From NCBI RefSeq assembly GCF_009914755.1, contig NC_060931.1: a DNA stretch of 64,000 nt, one strand, 5' to 3'. A model generated the notes under the pieces. The model ran no database searches. It was not told the origin of the DNA and saw only the letters and a list, made by a program, of their open reading frames with translations. Below are positions 52,170-64,000 of this stretch, piece after piece (the first letter of the stretch is position 1; each line of letters opens with the position of its first letter). This DNA is from the human T2T-CHM13v2.0 reference genome, Homo sapiens. Both the position numbers and the translations under genes were made by a program.

Positions 52170-52872
52170 TTGTTCCCAATGTGTCCCTTCCTGGAACTGG
52201 GTAATGCATCTACACTCTCTACCCTGTGACTCAAAGCACTTCCTGCTGGGAGTCAGGTACACATCCCGGCCCCGTTGACGTTGGCCTTGTCACCTGACTT
52301 GCTTCAGCGGATATGATACAAACAGAGATCAGAAATGTGCTTATGATCCCAGAACAAAAAAAGACACGTGGAGCTGGCTCCTGCTAAAAACCTGAGCTCG
52401 GCCAGGTGCAGTAACTCACACTTGTAATCCCAGCACTTTGGGAGGCTGAGGTGGGCAGATCACCTGAGGTCGGGAGTTCAAGACCAGCCTGGCCAACATG
52501 GTGAAACCTCATCTCTACTAAAAGTACAAAATTAGCCTGGCGTGGTGGCGCGCACCTGTAATCCCAGCTACTCACAAGGCTGAGGCAGGAGGATCGCACC
52601 ATTGCACTCCAGCCTGGGCAAAAAGAACAAAACTCCAGCTCAAAAAAAAAAAAAAAGTAATAATAAAAATTTAAAACATTTTTAAAATAAAAAATAAAAA
52701 CCTTAGCTCAACGTATGGTGTGGAACCAGACGCAGTGGAGCCAAGCTAAGCCCACACACATCTGGCCCGCAAATCCAGGTACAGGAATCATAAATACGTG
52801 TTGCTGTAAGTCACTGAGATTTTTTAGGTAGCTTGTTACACAGCATTATTGCAACGGAAACTGACTGATACA
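52170..52872 (+). mobile_element. Old MLT1 LTR containing an AluS (~52400-52700)
   Basis: gttgctgtaagtcactgagattt...ttgttacacagcattattgca...ctgactgataca. Confidence 0.7.
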
Positions 52873-53140
52873 GACCTTCAGCTGGACCAAAGGGCTGGGT
52901 AAATCCAGATGTCCTCCTCTGTGCCCGGTGAGGGACAGGAGACTGTGCCATCATTTTGTCGTCCTTGATCAAAGCTGACCCACTCATCAACCAAAGTGGG
53001 TATGACCAGTCTTCACAACACCAGGTGGCTTTCTAGACTCTTCTATGCTCAAGGCCTCCACTCCAGCCGCTTCCTGTTCTGGGCACACCTTTCCCTTAGG
53101 GGTCCACTTGGCTCTGTCCCCACCCCTTCTCAGTTTGTAG

Positions 53141-53805
<665 letters not shown>

Positions 53806-53959
53806 TAAGTGTATCGAGGTATAACATACATGCACAGATTCTAAGCTTGTAGTTCAATGAGTTTTGACAAATGCATCCAGGGAACCACTCCCAAAACCAA
53901 GATATAGAACGTTGACCGCCTTCTTTAAACTTTAAACTGTTCTTTCCCATTCTTGTTAT

Positions 53960-54200
53960 TCTGCTCTACTTTTTCTTGTCCCATAATACTCATCACTTTC
54001 TAATTTACTTATTGATTTCTATATTTATTTATTTACCTATTTATCATATTTTTTACCCATTTACAATATTGTTGTTTATGGTTTGTTTCTCCCCAGCATC
54101 ATCCAGGCTCCACAGGGACGGGAATGGTTGTCTCTGTTGTTCAGATGTATCCCAACAGCCTAGAACAGGTCCTGGCACATAGTAGGTGCTCAGTAAGTAG
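53960..54200 (+). mobile_element. L2 3' end
   Basis: gcctagaacaggtcctggcacatagtaggtgctcagtaa. Confidence 0.75.
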
Positions 54201-54202
54201 AT

Positions 54203-54481
54203 TTTTTTTTTTTTTTTTTGAGGCAGAGTCTCAGTCTGTTGCCCAGGATGTGGCTTACTGCAATCTCCACCTCCCAGGTTCAAGCGATTCTCCTGCCTCA
54301 GCCCCCCGAGTAGCTGGGATTACAGGCGCACACCATCATGCCCAGCTAGTTTTTGTATTTTTAGTAGAGATGGGGTTTCTCCATCTTGGCCAAGCTGGTC
54401 TCAAACTCCTGACCTCAAGTGATCCACCCGCCTTGGCCTCCCAAACTGCTGGGATTACAGGCATGAGCCACCACACCCGGG
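54203..54481 (-). mobile_element. AluS element
   Basis: Reverse Alu. Confidence 0.9.
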
Positions 54482-55131
54482 TGAAATTTTGAATGAACGA
54501 ATGAACCCCCACTTTGCAGATGAGGACAGTGAGAAACAGAGATGGTATGTTTTTGTCCAAGGGAATACTGTCCGTGAGTTCATGGAGAAGTGGGAATTTG
54601 AACCCAGGTCCTCCAGCTCCAGAACACTGTCTCTCAGTCATGCTGCCTCTCAGGAATGAGAAGACTCACCTGGTTATCCCCGCCCCAGGCCCACTCAACA
54701 GCGCCACGGCCTCCAACTGCCATCTTACCTCAACCCACTCCCATGCGTTCCCTGTTCTCTTTGATCAGCTCGTTGGGCAGAACTTAACATCCACTGATGA
54801 TGGGGACCATCCTGTAGGAAGCTGTGCTCTAGGTTGTGAGCTCACCAAGAGTGGGGTCCAGGTCTGAGTCACACTGGGGTCCCTGGGTCCAGCACAGTGG
54901 CCTCGCAGGTACAGACCAGAAATGGCGAATGAGCGGATAGATGGATGGATGCCAGGGTAGATGGATGAACTTTCCCTCCCAGCCATGTCCCCTGAGGAGG
55001 GGACAGCAGACAGTGGGTGGGCTGATGGAGGATGTTACCCTAGTACCTGTCTCTAAGAAACACGGTCTCTTGTGCAGAAGATTAGTGAGTTGCTTGACTT
55101 CCCCCTTTTCTGGAGCCCCTGCCCTGCCTAA

Positions 55132-55440
<309 letters not shown>

Positions 55441-55614
55441 GCAAGGAGAAACCTCTTGCAGGTATGACGTGAACATCCATCCACCGGCTTTTCATCCCTC
55501 CCTTTGCCCTTCGATGGACTTCCCTGTGCTAGAGGGACATCACAGAATGAGGGTCTATGCCGATCTGCTGGTTAGATTCGCCACCTCCCCTCCTCCAAAA
55601 AATCACAGGCATTT

Positions 55615-57208
<1,594 letters not shown>

Positions 57209-57296
57209 TAAGTAGTTAATACAATTTTTTTAATTCCCTCGAGCTTATTTAATTGTCAACCCCATTCCATAATATGCACTCAATAAATAAATGCTT

Positions 57297-57337
57297 GAGT
57301 GAGTGAGTGAGTGAGTGAGTGAGGGAGTGAGTGAATG
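57297..57337. repeat. (GAGT)n tetranucleotide repeat
   Basis: Directly visible; follows an L2-tail-like caataaataaatgctt. Confidence 0.95.
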
Positions 57338-57624
57338 ACATAAGGGTAGAGGCAGGAAGCTGAGCATCTGTCCTCCCCTCCACTGAGATGTCTCTACTCT
57401 GATCGCAATTTATGCAATGTAAGCTCTGTTAAGATCAACTTCATATCACAAAAATGAGCCACAGGTTGTTTCTGGGGCCCATACCCTCATCACCCACCTC
57501 TTCCCAAGCAAGACTCTGAAATCACACCTTGCTCTCTTTTCTTCCTCTTCCCTTCTGCTTCCCCCACATCCTCACTGATCTCCCATGGGAGCCTTTTCTT
57601 AATAAAACACTTGCCGTTTTCTTT

Positions 57625-58625
57625 GTTTGTTTGTGAGGGCTGCCAAAACAAAGCATCACACACTGGGACTTAAGCAAGATTTAATGTCCCACAATTCTGG
57701 AGGCTGGAGGTTCTGAAACCAAGGGGATGGCAGTTGGGGGCTGTGGTGGCTCATGCCTGTAAGCTCAGCACTTTGGGAGGCCGAGGCCAGAGGACTGTTT
57801 GAAGCCAGGAGTTGGAGACCAGCCTGGGCAACATAACAAGACACTGTTTCTACTAAAAATATTAAAATTATGGCTGGGTGCGGTGGCTCACATCTGTAAT
57901 CCCAGCACTTTGGGAACCTGAGGCAGCTGGATCACCTGAGGTCGGGAGTTCAAAACCAGCCTGGCCAACATGGTGAAATGCTGACTCTACTAAAAATACA
58001 AAAAGTAGCTAGGCGTGGTGGTGGGTGCCTGTAATCCCAGCTACTCGGGAGGCTGAGGCACAAGAATTGCTTGAATGCCTGGGCAACAGAGCAAGACTCC
58101 ATCTCAAAATAAATAAATATATACATACATACATACATACATACATACATACATACAAAAATTCGCCAGGCATGGTGGTACGTGTCTGTAATCCCAGCTA
58201 CTCCGGAGGCTGAGGCAGGGGATCACTTGAGCCCAGGAGTTTGAGGCTGCAGTGAGCTACAATCGTACCACCGCACCCCAGCCTGGGTGACAGACCTTCT
58301 CTCTAGAAGAAGTAAAAAACGGGGGTGTTGGCAAGGCTGGTTTCTTATCAGGTCTGTGAGGAAGAATCTGTTCCAGGCCTTTCTCCTCGGCTCACAGATG
58401 GCCGTCTTCTCTCTGTCTCTTTGCAGCCTCTCCCCTCTGTGTGTCCCGTGTCCAAATTTTCCTTTTTTTATAAGGACACCAGTCATATTGGACTAGGATC
58501 CATTCTAGTGACCTCATTTTACTTGATCATCCGCAAAGACCCTATTTCCAAGTAAGGTCATTCGTTACAGGTACTGGGGGTTAGAACCTCCACATCTTTT
58601 GGGGGACCCAATTTAACTCATAACC
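57625..58625 (-). mobile_element. MLT1 (B/C-type) LTR with nested Alus (~57738-58320)
   Basis: ttctggaggctggag...aatctgttccaggcctttctcct...taaggacaccagtcatattgg...aggtactgggggttaga. Confidence 0.85.
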
Positions 58626-58718
58626 TTTGCCTATCAACCTGCCTTAGAGAAGAGCATTACTGGAAAACAGCAGGACTACTGTGACAGTTAATTATTAATA
58701 CACATAAAGCATTAATGA

Positions 58719-58975
<257 letters not shown>

Positions 58976-60683
58976 GTTATTTTTATTGTGATTTATTATT
59001 ATTATATACTGAGGTGTGGTCTTCACTCTCTTAAATACCCCAGGGCTCACCACCGAGCTGAGGGTATCCCTTGTGGAGGGGTTCCCACCAGTCATTTTTC
59101 CTCCCACCCTTCATCACAGCTGGTTCCCCAGCTCCCCAGGCCCACAGCCCCAAGGGACAGATCTGATACTGCATCTTCCAAGAAGCTTGGAAGAAGCACA
59201 AACCACTTAGGAAAAAGGTTGAAGCCATGAAGGAAAACTACCAATGCCACAAAGACAAAGATGATCTCACCGTTAAAATGCCAGCAGCCTCAACACTCTG
59301 CTATAGAGGCGATCATAAAAGTTTCAACCCTCCAGAGCCTCCTTGTAATGTTTACAACTGTTTGCAGGGTTTCACTTCCAGAGGACGCCAGAGGAGCAGA
59401 TGTGCGCTGAGTCAGCAGCTTCTGGGGTCTTAAGGAATCAGAGCAGAAGGCTGGGGCTGTGTGCATTGCTCTGAGATCTGCCTGGGACAGCTGAGCAGGA
59501 GGGGATGAGTCAATTTTGGGCTCTGCATTCCTTCCAGTTTGAGGAACGCAGGCCACAACACACCGACCTGTGACTGTTTTTGCAGAAGACTTGGTCTGCC
59601 TGAGCAGACCCAGTATCGTGTCTCCACAATTCAACGAGGGTTTGAGAACCTCGACCACCCCCTTTTCTATGCATCAAATATTCAGCAATTCTTTCCAAAG
59701 GGATGGTGAAACGGGAGACAGCCTTGTTTGTCTGGCAGGCGAGGCCCCAGCTATCAGCTCAGTTCAAGGTACAGGGGTTCTGCAAGCTGCCAAATGAAAG
59801 AAAGCATTTGCGTATGAAAAGAAGAGCCCAGGAACAAAGGAGAGAGAACGGCGTGTGTGTCCCACTCTCTCGGTGGCCTTGGTGATGCTTGACATTTCTG
59901 CGAAATGAATTTAGCGCAAAAACCAACAATTCAAAACCTTGTGCCAAACAACTGATGCGAATAGAACCGGTGGGAGAAGAAACAACACGAGGGTGAAATG
60001 TGTCCTAAAATAGTCATCGTTTGCTGCTGTGGTCCACGCCAGCAGAGAAGAACGAGTTGTCAGGGGAGTTGTATTAAAGCAGAAAAAAAGGAACGAGGGC
60101 CTCGCTGTTGAGGGAAAGAGTACGGGCTTGCATGAGCAGTGGGGGAGGTGGGGGAGTTCTTTCTCTGATTTACTCAGATTCTCTGTCTATAAATTCCCAG
60201 CAAACTGTGCAAATTCTGCTTTGAATCCCCCAAGGACCCGGCCACTTACAAAGCGGTGCCGCAAGTGACCAAGCTCCATCCCACAGGCCCCTCCTACTCA
60301 ACATGCCCAAAATTGACTCATTCTCTGCCCCCTAACAACTCCCCGTACCCCAAGCCCACTCCACTCCACCATTTTCCATCTCAGCAAGAGACCCCACCAC
60401 CCAGGCACTGGGAGATGGGGCATCCTCTCTCGCCCCATCCAACCCACTGCCACCACTTCCTCCCTGGTGAGGCAGTGTTGGGCCATGAGGATGCTGGCAG
60501 GCTTTGGGAGCCAGACTGCTGGGGTTCTGGGTTCAAATCCCAACTCTTCCACTTACTAATCATGTGACCTTGAACAAGTTCATTTCTTCAAGTCTCAGTC
60601 TCCTTTTCTGTCAAATACCTCCTGTAGTCCCAGCTACTCAGGGGGTTGAGATGGGAGGATTGCTTCACAGTTGCATCTGCATC

Positions 60684-61508
60684 TGTATTAAGAGTTCTCT
60701 AGAGGGATGGAACTCACAGGATAGATGTATATACAAAGGGAAGTTTATTAAGGAGTATTGGCTCACACGATCACAAGGTGAGGTCCCACAGTAGGCCATC
60801 TGCAAGCTGAGGGACAAAGAAGCTAGTCTGAGTCCCAAAACCTTAAAAGTAGGGAAGCCAAGGGTGTAGCCTTCGGTCTGTGGTCAAAGGTCCAAGAGTC
60901 CCAAAGCTAAAGAACTCAGAGTCTGATGTTTGAGGGCAGGAAGCCTCCAGCACAGGAGAACGAGGGAGGCCAGAAAACTAAACCAGTCTAGTCTTTCCAC
61001 GTTCCTCTGCCTGCAATTTTTTTTTTTTTTTTTTTTTTTTTTTAGACAGAGTCTCGCTCTGTCACCCAGGCTGCAGTGCAGTGGCGCTATCTCGGCTCAC
61101 TGCAAACTCTGCCTCCCGGGTTCATGCCATTCTCCTGCCTCAGCCTCCAGAGCTGGGACTATAGGCACCTGCCACCACGCCCAGCTAATTTTTTGTATTT
61201 TTAGTAGAGATGGGGTTTCACCATGTTAGCCAGGATGGTCTCGATCTTCTGACCTCATGATCCACCCGCCTTGGCCACCCAAAGTGCTGGGATTACAGGC
61301 GTGAGCACTGCACCCAGTCCTCCGCCTGCTTTTATTCTAGCGGCACTGGCAGCTGATAGTGCCCACCCAGAATGAGGGCGGGTCTGCCTCTCCCAGTCTA
61401 CTGACTCAAATGTTAATCTCCTTTGGCCACACCCTCACAGACACACTCAGGATCAGTACTTTGCATCCTTCAATCCAATGAAGTTGACATTCAATATTAA
61501 TCATTAGA
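60684..61508 (-). mobile_element. MLT2A (HERV-L) solo LTR containing an AluY (~61017-61318)
   Basis: gttctctagagggatggaact...ctgactcaaatgttaatctcctttggc...atccttcaatccaatgaagttgaca; 5-bp TSD gcatc. Confidence 0.9.
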
Positions 61509-61555
61509 GCATCCTATTGCAGATGGGAGAATTCTGTGCTTTAAAACCCATAACA

Positions 61556-61880
<325 letters not shown>

Positions 61881-62230
61881 TTAGGAGAACAAAGACCCAA
61901 TGTCTGACCTGGGGACAGGCCCCCGATCCGCCCTGTTGGCAGGGGTGGCAGATACTGCCACACTGCACCTCCTCTCCCCTCATGCAGGGTTCAGCTGTGT
62001 TAGGGTTCAGGACCGGAAGGAAACTGGGTGTTGCCGGGGACCCTCATGCCTTGGGTAACTGGTTAGAGGATCAAATGAACTCTTGGAGAAGTAGGGGGCT
62101 ATTCTTGCCTCAGGCTATTTTAAAGTGTTCTTACTAGACAAGGGCCAGGTGTCATTTCAGAACCACCTCCCACTAGAATAGTACACAGCTGCCCATGTCC
62201 CTACTAGTACCTTCAAGAGAACCTAGGATA

Positions 62231-62545
62231 AGCTGGGAGCAGTGGTTCATGCCTGTAATCCCAGCCCTTTGGGAAGCCAAGGTGGGAGCATGGCTTGAGG
62301 CCAGGAGTTTGGGACTAGCCTGGGCCACATAGCAAGACCCTATTTCTACCAAAATAAAAATAAAAAATAAAAATTAGCCAGGTGTCGTGGTGTGCACCTA
62401 TAGTCCCAGCTACTCAGGAGGCTGAGGTGGGAGGATGGCTTGACCCTGGGAGTTCAAGGCTGCTGTGAGCCATGATCACACCACTGCACTCCAGCCTGGG
62501 CAAGAAAGCAAGACCCCCATCTCTAGAAATAATAAAAATAATAAA
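62231..62545 (+). mobile_element. AluJ element
   Basis: Forward Alu with J-type motifs. Confidence 0.88.
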
Positions 62546-62574
62546 TAGAAGAGGAAATGACAAAATAATAATAA

Positions 62575-62856
62575 TAAAAAATAGAAGAGGAGAAGGCCCA
62601 GAGAAGGAGGGCCATGTAATGATGGAGACAGATCAGAGTGACATAGCTACAAGCCAGGCAATGCCAGGGGTTTTCTGCAACACTAGAAGCTGGAAGAGGC
62701 AGGAAGGATTCTCCCCCAGGCCCCTCGGGGGACACATGTCCTGCTGACACCTGATGTCAGACATCTGGTCTCCAGAGCTGTGATAGAATAAACTTCTGTT
62801 GTTTCACCCACCCAGTCTTCAGTAACTCGATACAGGAGCCCCAGGAGGCTAATACC
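62575..62856 (+). mobile_element. MLT1 (C/D-type) LTR 3' part
   Basis: acaagccaggcaatgcca...ctagaagctggaagaggcagg...tccagagctgtgatagaataaacttctgttgttt. Confidence 0.8.
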
Positions 62857-63183
62857 AGGTTCTCTTCCACGTCACCCCCAGCACCTTTAAGCAACCCTGT
62901 GTCCCTCATTAAACACCATTTATAACCAACCACATCACCGTGGACTAGTAGTCATAACATGACATTCTGTAGATGTTTAATTAAACTTGTTATTGATTAT
63001 GATTATGCAATTTCCTTCCCACATTTCACAGCCAATAATTGCTTTTTCCAGGTCTCAAAACTTTTCTTCAGCCTTAAAGAAGCCACAGCCTCCGTGCCCA
63101 CAAGGCATCAGTAGAACAAACATCTCTCACTTTGCTGTCTCCTCTCTCAGCAAGAAGACACACCTGAGGACAAGGAAAGTCAT

Positions 63184-63550
63184 GCCGGGTCAGGCATGGT
63201 GGCTCACGCCTGTAATCCCAGCCCTGTAGGAGGTTGAGGCAGGAGAACTGCTTGAGGCCAGAAATTTGAGACCAGCCTGGGCAATATAGCAAAACCCCAT
63301 CTCTACAAAAAAACAAAAAATTAGCCAGCATTGGGGGGTGCATGCATGTGGTCTCAGCTACTTGGGAGGCTGAGGCAGAAGGATCCCTTGAGCCCAGGAG
63401 GTTGAGGCTAGTGAGCTATGATGGTGCCACTGCACTCCAGTGTGGGTGACAGAGCAAGACCCTGTCAAAAAAAAAAGAAAGAAAAGAAAAGCAAGAAGGA
63501 AAGAAAGGAAGGGAGGGAGGAAGGGAAGAAGGAAGGGAGGGAGGGAAAGA
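63184..63550 (+). mobile_element. AluJ element with (GGAA)n-type tail
   Basis: Forward Alu followed by purine repeat. Confidence 0.88.
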
Positions 63551-64000
63551 AAGCCCTGAGCTGTCTCCTTGAGCAGAAAAGCCAGCCCACCCCAGTGGGC
63601 TCTTCCTGCACTACTACAGACAGGCAGGTGCCAGGCCAGGTGTGGCAATGTCACTTTTGTTCAGGAGTGGAGGGAGCAAGTGTCCACTCTCTCCCCACTC
63701 CCTGGGGACTGGGCTGTGGTCAAGTGATCCAGGCTCAGCCAATCAGACTCCTACAGAGAGAGACAGATGTTTGATGAAGGGGGAAGAGGGTGGAGGTCAG
63801 CAGAGGCCCTCCCTGGCACACCTGGGCTCCTCCCAGCCTCTGTAGTATTTTAGAGATTAGGACATTAGGAGAAAAAAGGTCCAATGCCTGACCTGGGCAC
63901 AGGCCTGGGATCCCGCCCTGCCTTCCCTTAGTCAGTCCCACAGCTGCCCCTGGCTTCAGCAAGCCCTCTTGGCAGCTCAGCCCCTGCCTGTTCACTACAT

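Noticed and set aside
63040-63055. Splice-acceptor-like ctttttccag
   Set aside because: No supported downstream exon or donor; such words are common.

Overview
Primate (most likely human or great-ape) non-coding genomic DNA. I count more than 65 Alu copies or fragments of J, S and Y age. Also present: a 5'-truncated L1PA 3' end with a TSD, older L1M, L2 and MIR remnants, solo LTRs (THE1, MLT1, MLT2A, ERV1/ERVL types), DNA-transposon relics (MER47, MER96-like, MER3/33, Charlie-like), two minisatellites and several microsatellites. I cannot support any protein-coding gene, RNA gene or CRISPR array. Nearly all ORFs in the track are Alu- or low-complexity-derived; the only real coding remnants are the L1 ORF2 C-terminus and a decayed hAT transposase motif. 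Several TE-free, motif-rich blocks and one perfect CTCF core suggest a regulatory intergenic or intronic landscape, but the locus cannot be named from sequence alone. I found no novel enzymatic system. The most unusual signal is about ten short (40-300 bp) local copy events, with the two copies up to about 4.5 kb apart. Several interrupt transposons or other duplications, which gives the direction of copying, and one is a perfect 41-bp fold-back palindrome. Repeat subfamily names are recalled consensus matches, and coordinates and identities were judged by eye.
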